From positions 265,226-329,225 of the forward strand of contig JBKJIT010000004.1 in NCBI GenBank assembly GCA_046598345.1: a DNA stretch of 64,000 nt, read 5' to 3'. Each line of letters opens with the position of its first letter. Position 1 is the stretch's first letter. Source of the stretch: Minisyncoccia bacterium. GTDB taxonomy: Bacteria > Patescibacteriota > Minisyncoccia > Phycocordibacterales > UBA918. A model generated the notes under the pieces. The model was not told the DNA's origin. It saw only the letters and a list, made by a program, of their open reading frames with translations, and made no database searches. Shown in pieces: positions 25,694 through 39,400 of this stretch. Position numbers and translations under genes: made by a program.

Positions 25694-27241
25694 TTAACCG
25701 CTGATGTTCTTAACCCATCCGAACGTCGACTCAAAGTTCTCAATAATGATATCAATAATGTTCTTTTCCTGAATAGGAGTAAAGAGCACAAAGTTTTCTG
25801 AATCGGCTTTATTCCCCGACTCGTCCTTACACGAAAGCCAGAATTGATACACAGTTGCTGGCGCAAACTCGACAATTACCTCCACGTGCTGTTCGCTGTA
25901 ACTTATATCTTTTGACTCTACTATTGTTGGATCAACTCCACCTACGATACCTTCACGGTACATCATGGTACAGAATGATGGCTCATCGGTGCTCCACTCC
26001 ACAATCGTCTGAATACGCGATTCGCCACCTGGGAAGAGCGTTGATTCGTTCGTGACATTTGAAATGATTGGCGGTTCGGTGTCTTTAACGGTAATAAAGG
26101 TAACCGGACTCGACTTTACTCGATCTCCACCGGCATTTTCCGCAATGACAAAGGCGACGTACCGAGTACCCAACGTAAGATCAGCAATACGCATTTGATG
26201 GGTAGATGCCAAAGTAGGACGACCTACAGAGTTCTGGATACCTGTTGTGAGATCCTGATATTCAATCGTTGCTTTTGCGGGTACTGTGGTATCCCATGCC
26301 AAGGTGGCAGAGTTCTCTTCTACTTTCACAATGCGCAGATTTCGAATCTCAGGAAGTGATGCTTTCGTGCGGAATGTATAGTCGAAGCTTTCTCCCAAAA
26401 TACCGATGGAATCCTTCGATCGAACCTTAAAGTGGTACTCAGTATATGGCTCTAGACCAATGAGACGAATTGAATGACTCTTCGTGTCACCATCAGTACT
26501 TGCCTGGGAGAACTCATACTGCCCTTCGACGTACGAATCTGCAGGACTAAACACCACTTCAGAGCTTGACTCACGATTGGTAGTCCAGCTTACGATTGCG
26601 CTTGTCGTTTCAACTTCAACAGTAGGAGGACCCACGATCGTAAGGTCTTCAGTAATACCCTGAATGGCTTTCACTGTTTCATTTAAAATCTCCTGCAGAG
26701 TTTCTGGAGACTGTATCTGCTTAATTTGCTCTATTACTTCTTCGGCACTCTGAGCTTCGGTTTGTGACTGTGATTCTGACTCTGATTCTGACTGTGACTC
26801 TGAGCCTTCCTGGAGCGTTTGATTTTCCTGTGTTTGTGTTTCCTTTCCTTCACCTGCCTCCGCGCCCACTTCGGGAGTTCCCTCGGTCAGCACTTTGTAG
26901 TTTGCAGAAATTCCCTGGTTGCCATCAAGGTCTGAAGACACTACGCGGAAGTAGTACGTGCGACCAGGTTCAAGGCCGTCGAGCGTAATTGAGTGTTCAG
27001 TTTTGTCGACTGCTGGTACACGCACAATGCCGTAGTCTTCCTGAAGACCGTAGTTAACTAAGGAATCAGCATCCTCGTCAGTCTCCCACGTCACCGTGAC
27101 ACTACTCTCATCGACAGTCGTAATCTGAACATTTGTAATATCTGGTGGTTCAGTGTCGGCCCCATGCACACTAGGAAGCTCCTGCACATATGAAACAAGT
27201 ACAAAAAGCGTCAGCGCTGTCGTTGCTAGCGAACGTAACAT
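25694..27241 (-). CDS. secreted protein with four fibronectin type III domains and an acidic SESE/SQSQ linker
   Basis: Signal peptide (…LPSVHG|ADTEPP). FN3 signatures (…TWETDE…YYFRVVSSDLDGN…; …VSWTTNRES…YHFKVRSKD…). Confidence 0.75.
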   Translation of the reverse strand: MLRSLATTALTLFVLVSYVQELPSVHGADTEPPDITNVQITTVDESSVTVTWETDEDADSLVNYGLQEDYGIVRVPAVDKTEHSITLDGLEPGRTYYFRVVSSDLDGNQGISANYKVLTEGTPEVGAEAGEGKETQTQENQTLQEGSESQSESESESQSQTEAQSAEEVIEQIKQIQSPETLQEILNETVKAIQGITEDLTIVGPPTVEVETTSAIVSWTTNRESSSEVVFSPADSYVEGQYEFSQASTDGDTKSHSIRLIGLEPYTEYHFKVRSKDSIGILGESFDYTFRTKASLPEIRNLRIVKVEENSATLAWDTTVPAKATIEYQDLTTGIQNSVGRPTLASTHQMRIADLTLGTRYVAFVIAENAGGDRVKSSPVTFITVKDTEPPIISNVTNESTLFPGGESRIQTIVEWSTDEPSFCTMMYREGIVGGVDPTIVESKDISYSEQHVEVIVEFAPATVYQFWLSCKDESGNKADSENFVLFTPIQEKNIIDIIIENFESTFGWVKNISG

Positions 27242-27318
27242 GTAATTAGTGTATCACCTACATGTTTCCCTCCTTTCTTCCGTTATTAACATCAACTTGA
27301 TTGAGAATGAGAATGCCT

Positions 27319-27394
27319 GAGATACAAGGCACTGAGCCACGATGATATGAGGCGTACTCTTTGTACGATGAATGTCATCGTGGCGAAAGTAACG
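27319..27394. ncRNA. structured intergenic element D2, a repeat of D1 with compensatory substitutions
   Basis: ccACGATGATAT-[gagg CGTAC tcttt GTACG atga]-ATGTCATCGTgg. Relative to D1 the outer stem shows two compensatory double changes (g→a with c→t; c→t with g→a) and one G·U wobble. The inner stem is conserved. Confidence 0.4.
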
Positions 27395-27417
27395 CCGTAG
27401 ATTAGGCATTATCACTC

Positions 27418-30400
27418 TCAATCACCGATGGCGTAGAAGATGTTCGTTCCGGTGTGTGCAACTCCAGCCACCCCCGACGGAATTGCAATACCCCAGTAGA
27501 GACGATCAGTAATGAGTGGAGTGGTGGACGTCGGTTTTGGTAGATTCAGTTCGTAGTTAACCGCTGATGTTGTGAGTTGCGTACAGTACACACAGGCACT
27601 GTATGTGAAGGTAGAGGTAGCATACTTTTCCTGTGTCGCAGGAATAACCGACGAAGCACCATCCGTGAGATCGGTACCTTGAATGGATACGTCAAGTGCA
27701 TCATTTCCAATATTTTCTACTGTCGTCGACGCATTGGTTGCACCTGTGTCACTATTCACCTCAAGAGCACCATATCCGATTGTACTATTAACGCTGATTG
27801 CGCGGAGCGTGAGGAGATCAATCGATGGTGCAGTTCCTGATGCTGTGGAGCCGCCGTCGTCACTCACACTCAGAGTTGCACGCCATGTTTCTCCCGCATA
27901 GGTACCAATGTCAGTTGGATCAGTATGATAGTAGAAATCAGCTGAGCAACTAACGTCACAAGAATTACCTGCACAATTACTAAACGTGCACTGCGCAGGT
28001 GCTGCGATATAGCAGTTGTTTGTGTTTGCGCTACATGAAGCCCCAACCCCGGAACGGTAGAACGTTGTTGTTGCAACATTAAGATCAGCATATCCGTTTT
28101 GATCAGTAACGGTACCGGTAGCAGTAATGGTTGAGGTTGCTCCGGGACTAAGGCTGATATCCATTCCAGCGTTCAATGAAAGTGACGTCACTGTTGGTAC
28201 AAAGACGAGTTCAAGCTCCGCAACACGTACGTACGAATCAATGGGACTACCACCGTCGCTTACACGGAGGCAGTAGTTTGAATCAGTTACATCAGTAGTC
28301 GAGGTGATTGCATACTCAACTTCTGTGTACTGGTTGGCGCCAACTCCAAAGCTTTGCGTGGAATTTGATGGATCCTCAATAATTTGTCCGGTAGTGAATG
28401 TTCCTGTGCCACCCAACACGTCCGTTGTCGAGGCCTGGTTCGCAAATTGGGAAGAGGAGACCATGCAGATTGGAGATCCGGTACAACTTGCCTGCACAGG
28501 TACGCTCGCATATGACGCAGAGGAAACAGATTCGCAACTTGGTGCATTACCTTTTGCTGCATACTCAAGCCGATACTGATCAGTGATAGCGAGTCCAGTG
28601 TTTTCAATGAGGAAACGCGGGCGCACGGTAGTATTTGCACTTATCCCAGAGGCCTTGGTGTTCAGCGCCGCAAACCAAGATGCACCTCCTGAGACTTGCT
28701 CGTATCCAAGTGTAGTTGTTGGTTCCGTTCCAAGAAGTGTTCTAGCAGAGTACACATCCCACGCACCGTGCTGCTCCCAGAAGGTAAAGCCGGTACCTCC
28801 AGTTGTGTAGGTGCCGTCTGTCACTGAAGTGGTAGCAACGAGTGCTCCATCTTTATAAAGGAACACTGCGATAGTGTCGTCAGTATCCCATTCAACCTCT
28901 ACCTCATACCATCCCGTTGCATACGTGAGTGTTGAGGATGCGAGCTGTGTTGTACCGGTATCACTATCGTTGTCGTACACGTCACGAGAGATCGAGATTC
29001 TATCAACACCGAACTGCTCGAGACATATACCATAGTTATCATGGAGCGTACCAGGAGACTGTACCCCAAAGAGCGTACACGTTTCGTCTCCGCTTGCTGG
29101 TGCAGATGTGTCTACGTACTTCATGAAGCGAAGCTTACTTCCCTGTGCGACCGAAGCATCAAAACGATGGATACCATGAGTGGTACGATCTCCCACCGTT
29201 ACTGCCTTTAGTCCATATGATCCCTGGTACGCAAGTGCAACACTAGTCGTGAACTTACTTGTATCATTCGCATACTCCGTGATGTTGTTATCTTCAAAAT
29301 CATCGTATGCAACAAACGTTGTGGTACCAACACCCCCGTCCGAGACTCCTCCATTTCCGTAGTACATGTAGAGTGTTGTGTTCGCGGAAGCAGTAAGTGA
29401 TGGAATTTTTACCCAGACAGTCGCTTCTGTGCTTGCGGTGTACGCGTCACGCACATAACTGAGCGTTGTTGTACCACTCGAATCCGTAAATCGAAGGTCG
29501 TCAAAGTCTGTCTGCATATCACCGTCGTATGGGATATCTACTTTCACCACCGCATTGGTATACGTCGTCGCATCCGCATTCACAACCGTGACACGCTTAC
29601 GTTTTGACCAGTTTTGGTCATACCACTCACTATTTGGTACACTCTCCCCCCCGTTATCATTTCGCCAGCGATACCCGGCCTGCTGGGTCAGGAGACACGT
29701 ACTGTCAGACCAGCGAATGGATCCGCATGCTGTAGCACCATCCACGTCGTACGCCTCACCTGCGAGATTGCCGCGGTGCGTCGTAAACGTCCACGCTGAA
29801 GGTGTGGTGCCCGTAAGTGTGATGTTTGTTCCGGAAATAGCAGTTGTGGTTGCAAAGCGCACACCAGTTATGACTTGGGATGCATTGTAGTTTACGGTCG
29901 TAGAGCTTACCGTAAGAAGTGTTCCGCCGTTTTGATCAAGTTCAAAATCTCCGTTCGACAATGAGGTAATTGTGGTATTTCCGGTGAGTGTTAGCCCATT
30001 CGGATTGAGATTCCTAAAGGCATAATTAAGTGCATTGAGCGTTCCACTATCCATTCGAATACTGTACGTACCACTTCCTTGGTTACGAACAGTCGTTGTA
30101 GCACCTGACCCTCCAAGCATATGAAGCGTGCTGCCGGTAAAGGTGGTCGTCGCGCCATTTGCAATTCGCACGGTGACTACACGTTCTGTACCTCCAAGTG
30201 CAGTCCCGTCGAAATCAGTTGCGTAGCTCCAATAATCGGTTCCCGTCGTGCGCTCATACTGACCATAGATGTTGAGCTCTCCGTTAACGGCAGCATGATC
30301 CTGTGAATACAGTGAGCTTAGGCTATCTTCCACTGTGGTGGTTGCCTGGCTATTCCATGTGCGAAGATCAGTATTATTTCCAATAAGGAGAATATTGTAA

Positions 30401-33400
30401 GATGTTCCTCCTGCAATACTCGTATTAATGGTATACGGCAGACCAGTTGTGATGCGGAGTGTGCTTCCCGTCCACGTACCTCCAACAAGGTTCGTAAACA
30501 CACCCTGCACGGTAAGCCGGACGCCGGAGCCAAGAGTAAAGGTACTTGCGCTCGTCAGTGAGAAGTTCGACGTGGTTGTTGCGTTATTCGTAATCGTATA
30601 GCCTCCACTTGGAGCTGCAATTGAAACAACGTTGAACGTCGAGCTTCCTGGATTAATGGTTTCACCCACATCGCTGGAGTTGAAAAGGATCGTGCCACTT
30701 GCGCTATTAAATGCTCCACCGAGATTGAGGAACGAACCACCAATAGCCATGGTCCCGGTCGCCAATGTTGCAGTTCCCTGTTCAATGCGTAGTGTTCCAA
30801 GGAGGTCCACATTTGTGTCAGTGAAAAGGTATTTTCCAAGTCCTGCAAAGGTTACTGAATATAGATCAGAGGTTGACGCCGTTACGCTTGTCGTCCCCGT
30901 ACCGGAAGCATTGAGGCGCAATGTTCCACTATTGTGCGTAAAGGTACCTGCAGTAATGAAGTCACCGCCAATCGCGAGGGTTCCACTTGGTGCGGTTACA
31001 GTACCTGAGAGAATGGTGTAATGCTGTGTTGAGGTTGCGTTCAAATCCTGGTACGTCCAACTACCACTTCCTGCAAAGGTCGTTGTACCAAAATTCGAAC
31101 CATTAGTCCTAATAGTTTCTGCGGCAGCACTCGTGAAGCGCATATGTCCACCATTTTGGATAAATGTCCCGCCTGTATTACTGAGTGAACCTAAAATTGT
31201 TGTCGTACCTGTAGGTAAAGTGAGTGTTCCCTGTGTAATGGTGAGATCATTCGCAAGATCGAGCGCCGCATTTGTAACGGTCCAACTTCCAGAGCCATTT
31301 AGAGTAAGGTTGTAGAGTGCATACTCATTGGTATCGATCGTGCGCGCTGCCCCATTCGTCGTAAACGTAAATGTAGAAGTCTCGTCATCAATAGATGCCC
31401 CACTACCACTTATGAGGCTTCCTCCAATTGAGTGGATCTCGCTTAGGGTTGCGTCAAACACCGCATTCGTGAAAAGTTCAAGCGTACCATCATAAGGAGC
31501 TCCCGCACCTCCACCCGAAAGGGTGACGTTTCCATCGGGTCTAAACGTCTTTCCATTCCAAACAATAAGTTTTCGATCTGCAGGGAGCGTGAGTGTATCT
31601 GACCCAGCATCCACCGCAGTGAACGGTATGTCAGCGTCATCAGACGAATCCCAGACCGCCATATCAGCAATGGAAAGTGGGTCGGTATCCTCGTGACGCA
31701 CGATAATCCTATTTTCATAGAGATCCATATTGGCAACACTTGAAATCAAATCCTCCGAAACTACTGCTGCCTTTTCCGATTCTCCATCAATATAGACAAT
31801 GAGCGAATCACCAGGGCTGTACGTTACACCAGGGATTGAATACAGCCCACTGCCTCCATTGCAGCTCGTCGTGAAGCTCGTGAGCCCCGCCACACGTAGG
31901 TGAATATTTGCCGTGCTGCCATCACATACCGTTGACACCGTAGAACCTTCGTCGCTGTACACGCGACCTGAAATGGTGACTGCGGCAGCACTATCGTCCC
32001 ACACCACATATCCCGGGTCACCATCAGGGTCAACGTCGTATGATTCTCCGTCAATCGATCCACTATGGTTCGTGAAGCGCCATGAGGAAACTGATGTTCC
32101 TGTTGCAGTGACGTTGAATGCTGAAATGCCCGTTGAGGTACCAAACGTATTATTCGTAAATGTCTTCGCAGGATTTTGATTAATGACATTTCCACCCACG
32201 GTAATCGCACTACCTCCACTTTGCGAAACTACAAAGTCTCCGTAGGAGAGACTTACGATGTTTGGTGTTCCGGAGAAGACAAGGCCAGACGCATTAAGAT
32301 TTCGCGTCTCGTAATAGGACATGGTGGTCGATGCGCTGCCCCCGACGCGGAATCCATATGTGCCAGCACCCTGGTTTTGAAGTGTGGTTGAAGCACCGGA
32401 AATTCCCAGTACGCTCAATCCTCCACCCGTATACAGTGCGCTTGAACTGGACGCGAAGTACACATCCACCTTTCGGCTACTGCCTCCAAGTACTGTTCCA
32501 TCAAAGTCAGTTGCGTAGCTCCAATAATCGGTTCCCGAAGTCTTTGCGTAGCTTCCATATATATAGAGTGCGCCATTCACGTTTGCGTGATCCTGTGAAT
32601 ACAGAGACCCAGTGCTTGCTACGGTGGTAGTACCGGCACTCGAGTTCCACATTCGAATTTGTGTAGTTCCACTTATGGTAAGGGTACCGTACGTATCAAT
32701 CACCGACGAAGTGTTAATTTGGTAGTTCCCTCCGCCGTAGAGATGTAATGCAGAATTTGTCCATGTTGTAGCAGCACCACCCAGGCTGTTAGTGAATGTT
32801 CCCCCGACCGCGAGTGTGGCGGCGGGATCAACTGTAAAGCTTGTTGCATTCGTCAGTGTAAACGCTGTTGTTGCGGTCGCGTGTTCAGAAATACTCCAAG
32901 TGCCAGCAGCGTTTATTGTTACGTTACTGAACGAGGAATTTCCTGCTGCGATAGTTTTCGTGCCGACTGAGTCAAAGGTTACGGTACCGCCACTTCCCGT
33001 GAAGGTGCCATTATTGTCCCAACTTCCTCCCACCATAAAGGATGCGCTGTCACTTCCAATAAGCGTACCAAACGATCCGATTGTTACATTTCCGTTTACG
33101 TCGAGAGCGGTGTCATTCGTCGTAACTGTAAGTGTTGACGTTGCTCCCGCGCCCACTGTGAGATTATTCAAAACCACAATTCCGAGACCCGTAGTGGTAA
33201 AGGTTGGCGAACTACCCTGTGCATTCACATCTACATTGTAGTAATTGGTGGAGAGTACGTTTGAACCTGCAGTCCCGCTGTAGCGCACCGTGCTTGTACC
33301 TTCAACAAAACTTCCAGTTTCTACAAACACCGTACCTGCTCCCTGAAGATTCAAAACTCCACCCCCGGGTACAAAGAAGTGCGCATTTCCGATCGTCAGT

Positions 33401-36400
33401 TTGCCTAATATGGTAGTCGTCGCTGTGGTTGCAGAGGTCGTCGTGCCTACTGATGTCCCATTCCCGAGGACCAAGTTTCCAAAAGTCCATGCCTGTGATC
33501 CTCCGAGCGTATTCGTACTCGCGATTGTAGTCGTACCACTACCGAGCGAGAGGAGTCCATTGCCGTAGAGTGATCCATTCGCAAGCGAAATATTTCCTGT
33601 GCCGGTGACCGTTCCTGTTGATACATATATATTCGCCGTTGCAGATGCATTACCGTTTATGTTCCAGGCGCCTCCAACGCCAGTAAAGTCGAGTTCATTA
33701 AATCGTACCGTCTCACTATTTTCTGTCGAAATCGTTTTACCGCTCGTCGTTGCTGTCATTATGATCGTCGTCGACGCAGGCACGTAGGTAGCATTAATGT
33801 CCTGGAATATTGAACCGCCGATACTGTACGTAGTTGTACCTGCTCCCGTGAAGATTGACGCATTGTCCAAATGGAGTGAACCGTCATAACTTGTTCCTGT
33901 ACCTCCACTTGTAAGTGTTACGGTTCCTCCTGGTGTAAAGGTGGTTGTCGCCCACACATGAAGCTCAGTATTGGCCTGAACGAGGAGTGAGTTCGGTGAG
34001 CCGGTCGCTGCAGTGAACGGAACGTCACTGTCGTCCGTACTGTCATAGAGCGCCATGTCAGCGATGGTCATCGCATCGACATCTTCATGGCGGACAATGA
34101 CTCTATTAACCATGAGGTTGAGATCACTGATGTCTGCAGTAGGAGTCTTCGTAACGGCAACGGCACGCTCGCCGTTACTTGCGCCATTTAGGAAAACGGT
34201 AAGTGTAGGATTTCCAATGACAACCACTCCAGGAATACTGTAGACTCCACTTCCGTTACATGCACCGTCATACGTGCCGCCGTTTGAAACGACCACGCGC
34301 ACTGGAGTACCCACCCCACACGTCGGTGCACCGAGTGGAGTTGTTTCATCAGCACCATACACCGTACCCGAAACGGTGATCGTGAGGGAACTGTCGTCCC
34401 ATCGAATTGAGCCAGGATCACCCGTGTCATTATCAAACGCTTCCCCATCAATATTCCCGGATGACTCTCTGAACCACCAATATGTTGTCGGCGTGCCATC
34501 TGTTTGCGTAATGTTTGTAGCAGCAATTGCTGTTGTCGTAGAAAAGTTCACACGATAGATTTGGAGTTCCGCATTTGCGTTTACGGTAGTAGATGACACG
34601 GTGATGCCCGTGCCCGCAGCAATGCCCGGAATAATCTCCCCATCTGATAACGCACTTACATGCGTCGTACCACTGAGTGAAATGCCACTCGCTCCTAAAT
34701 TACTGAAGCTATAGAATGCAGCGGAGGTAGTGCCGTTTGCCACACCGATCGTGTAGGTGCCACTTCCTTGGTTTGCAATACTTGTCGTCGCAGTCGATGT
34801 CCCCGTTATCGACAGTGTGCTTCCAGTGAAAAGTGCTGAAGAGCTACTTGCAAATCGAACGCGCGCTATTCGGGTAGAACCCAGAAGTGAGGTGCCATCG
34901 AAATCAGTTGGTGCACTCCAATACTCTGTGCCACTTGTACGTTCATATCCGCCAAAGATGTATAGATCTCCATCAATGCCATTATGATCTTGCGAATAGA
35001 GCGAACCTGTACTGTCGACGGTATAGGTAGAGGAAGTGGAATTCCACATACGTATATCGGTATTTGCACGAAGGCGGAGTGTGCCGTAGGCATCTCCTAA
35101 GGTATTCTTCGTATTCAAGCTGTACGCTCCCGCCTCAAGTGAGAGTGTTGAACCACTCCAGGTGGTGGAAGCTCCCCCCACGCTATTCGTAAACGTACCA
35201 AAAACAGCAAGTGTTGCTCCGGACGACAGCGTGAACGCTGATGAGGTTGCAAGCGTGAAATTATTTGAGGTCGTTGCGTGCGAAGCTACGGTGAAGCCGC
35301 CGCCCACACCATTAATTGTGACGTTGTAGAGATTTGAATTACCGGTGGTTAAGGTCTTCCCGAGACTCGTTGCGTTAAAGAGCACCGTTCCACTGTTGTG
35401 GGTGGTCGTCGCAGCATTTGTAAATGATCCTCCAAGGGTGAGTGTTCCCCCAGGGAGCGTTACTGTTCCTCCGGAAACAGTAAGATCTCCAACTGCAGTA
35501 ACGTTCGTGTCTACAAATGACCAACCGCCAGAACCAGTGAATAGCAGTGAACTAAACGAAGAATTTGTATCAATGGTTTTTGTGGTCGCACTGGTAAATC
35601 TAACCGTACCACTGTTGTGAGTAAACGTACCCGCAGAGTTCGTGAAATGACCACCAATAGAGAGCTGAGCTGAAGGGAGTGTGACACTCCCCTGCGTAAG
35701 AACAAAATCATTTGAAGTTGTTGCGCTTGTATCAAGGAAGGACCAACTGCCACTTCCCGTGAAACGAAGATTGTAGAAAGCGTTCGTGAATACAGTTCCG
35801 CTCGCAGCAATAGTTTCTGCAGTTCCTGCCGTCATGTACACGAGCGCGTTATTGTGTGCAAATGTGCCCCCAACACTATTCCAAGAACCAGCAAGCGTTG
35901 TAGTGCCAGTTGGCATGGTGACCGTTCCTGTTGCAATCGTAAGGTCATTCGAAATCGTGAGATCTGCTTCAGTAAACGCCCACGCACCGCCTTGACCGAT
36001 GAAGTTCAGATTGTAGAAGGCATCTCCACCTGCCGTAATAACTCGATTTGTCGTCGTGGCATCAAAATATACCGTACCACTTCTGGCGACAAACGTGTTG
36101 TGATTAACCCAGTCACTCATCACTGTTGTGTTGTAATTGCCCGTTGTTACATCAAAAATGTCGTCTACTCCAATCGTAATGGATTGTGCTTTCACATTGG
36201 TGAGTAGTGCCAGAGTTTTTGATGTTCCGTCAATTACTACCCTACCGATATTCTGCAGTGTGGCATTTGCGTCGCTCCAATTTGATGTGCCACTACCGTC
36301 AAAAGTGGTGGTTCCTAATCCCGTCCAGATACCATTGATTGCATTTGAAAGTGAACCGCCAACAGTGATTCCTACTGTACCTCGCGCGAGTGTTCCCCTC

Positions 36401-39400
36401 GTGACCGTAAGCGCATTATTTACATCAAGAGGTGTAATCAGATTCCATGTTGCAGCACCAGTAGTTGTCCCAAAGGTAAGATTATAAAAGGATGGAGAAA
36501 GTGCCCCAGTCTCATCAATTGATTCTGTTGTTGAAGTCGCCGTAAAGATGACAGTGGAGGTACCTGCAGTTAATGTGGCGTTGTTGTCCCATGAACGTGT
36601 AACGTACATCGTATTTCCATCAAGTGTTGTAGTGCCGTTGTTTTCAAAGTAGTTAACATCAACTGTGCCCCCTGGCCGATATGTAGAACTTGCCATAACA
36701 TACAATTCCGCAGTACCGCACGTAGTCTCCACACACATGTCTAGAATTGTACCGGTTCCATCAAAGAAGAGATCTTCGTCATTCGTAGCATCATACAAAG
36801 CGATCTGCGCATTAGTAAATGCAGTTGTCGTCGCGTCATTTGAGCCAAGGGTGAGATGTTGCTCATAGAGACGCATACCTGACATATCTCCAACGCCATC
36901 ATAATGTGCAACAGAAACCGCTTCATTCACTTCATTTGCACCATTTACGAATACAGTGACCACATCTCCAGGAGACGCATTTACATTAGGAATTGACCAA
37001 GCTCCAGCTGCAATTGTGCCGGTCTTGCCAATTTGCAATGACCCGTTTAGTGCCACCGCTACTGATCCTGCGGTTACATTTGTTGACTGATCGTACGCCT
37101 GAGCAGTCCCAGAGAGAGCAATCCCAGCAGACCAGGTAATAGTCCAATCAGAAAGTGTAGGACATGTGCCACCACTACAACTCATATTTGCTAAGGGTCG
37201 TATGAGACTGTATGTGGAAACCGGAAGCACGTTGGTTAGATTGATAGGACTTATCGTTGTGCCTACTGAATTTCCTGGAATGAGTGAGTCTGGTATAAGC
37301 TTCCAGCTGCTTGACGCTGTGTCGTAGTATTCCACCTGGTGCAAAATGCTCGAACCGCCGGGCTCACTATCAATCCATGACATTTGTTGGAAATACGGAC
37401 CAGAGCCATCATAGAAATTGATCTCTGTTCCCACAACAGTTCCACTCGTCACGGGATTTTTCGCCGTAATCATAAACGGCTCCTTAAAAGGAACTGCGCC
37501 CGCGGCACCGTTTGTCTCAAGCGTTTGCGCTGGAGCCCACCAGTCGCTACTCGTTGAATAGGTAAAATCATAGCGATCAGTTGAGGTCGCATACGACATC
37601 ACCTGGATAGTGTTGTCTCCTGTACGTCTTGCTTGTACGCGAGGACCTTTTCCTGTTGTGGTTGCCGTTACTTCCCCGAGCCACGCTACGCCATCCCACG
37701 TACGCGACTGAATGTTTGTTGTGTCACTATATACCGCCCGTATGTATCCATCTCGCGAACCTCCTACTTCAAAAATACAATCAATAGGACGATCTTCATA
37801 GATATTACCAGCAGTAAGGCCGGCTGTTTCAAGTTCAATCTGACCGGTAAATGCAGCGCCTGTCCAGCGAACTGCTCCTATGTCTCCATCTTGGTCGACG
37901 TAACATAATGCCATGTTGTCACTGCCATCATCAGCAGCCATGGAGCCGGCTTCAAAATCATCTCCCAACGCAACGGTTGCTGTGGCCGTCCACGCAGAGC
38001 CATTCCACGCACTCCAGGCAAAGCTTGCAGCTGTACCATTTGATACTGCGATGACTGCCTGTCCCCCGCTCTCCTCATATTCTGCAGCAATACCTTCATG
38101 GTTGGCCTGATTCATAGACCCCAGTCGAGCAGAGTTTCCCCATGCAGAGCCAGTCCACACGCGGGCCTCATACCCAGCACCACTCGTGTCCCTGGTTACT
38201 GCAATAATTTCATCCGAGGTTGGATCAGAAATAAGCTTTATCCATCCGCAGGTGTTACCGTTCACAAGTCCAATGGTTGCACCTCCCAGTGTCCAACTCG
38301 CGCCATCCCATATCCAATAACTTGGGTTGCTATCCCCATCGCAGGTAACAACGAGCGCATCTCCCGATGTTTGTTCATACGCAATATCAAACCCACGCAT
38401 GTTCGTGTTTGATAATGCATTTGTAACTTCCTGAAGATCTCCCCAACTACCATTCTGATACACCTGTATATTCACATCCCCATCAGTGCCTACCGTTCCC
38501 AAGAGATACTCGTTTTCACTTGGTGCTGAACGTGTAACGACCCAGGTGATAGCAGCACCAACATCAAGCGCGCTGGCCTCTGCCGACCAGGAAGACCCAC
38601 TCCAGACACGGTACTGCGGAGTTGTCAGTAATCCTTCTGCGTATGCAATGAGCGATTCAGTTGATGTCGTTGCTACAGTTACCGTGTTTCCTGCTTGCGT
38701 AATTGCACCAGAAAGTACATCCGTATCAAACTGTGATTGGGTAGTTTGGAACCAAGTTGAAACGGTCACGCTCGTATCAACGGTAATACTTTGTGGATCG
38801 GTATAAAAGGAATACTCATTACTACTGAGCGGATCTTTCGCTCGGATACGCCACCAATACGTAGAACCGTTCGTGAGTGCATCTCCAGATTGCAACGTGA
38901 ATTGGATAGTGTTTCCAGAGGTAAATGGATTTAGATCAGCTCCATTCGTGATATTCACAAATCCGAGACTGGAAGACGAGTTACGTGTGGTAGATGCAGT
39001 AAAGGTGTACGTGGTTGACCACTGAATCTCGTATTCAAGATCATCGCTTTGCGGGTCAGTGGTTACGAATTCAAACGTTGGCGTAGTGGTACTAACTTTT
39101 TCATTATCAAAAGGAGCATTGATGGTCGGTGTCTCAATGCGATAGCCCCATGAAAGTGTCCAATCGGAAAGCGTTGGAGACCCACCGGAATTCGTAAACA
39201 CAGCAACAATTCGGATAATTCGGTATGTCGAGACATCCATCGAAAGAAGGCTCACACCCGACGTGTCGAAGCCAGTGCTATTCCCCGTGAGCGCAGTGTC
39301 TGGCACATTAATCCACGTCGCTGATGCATCACTATAGTACTGGATGCGGTATTTGATATCTCCAACTGTTTCGTTATCGACGAAGGAAAGTGACCCCCAC

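Noticed and set aside
25693-27571. Identical 16-mer GTTAACCGCTGATGTT at the 3' ends of the FN3 gene (25693-25708) and the giant gene (27556-27571)
   Set aside because: It is read in different frames in the two genes (…NISG* versus …TTSAVN…) with no extended flanking similarity. A chance 16-mer match is plausible at this window size.
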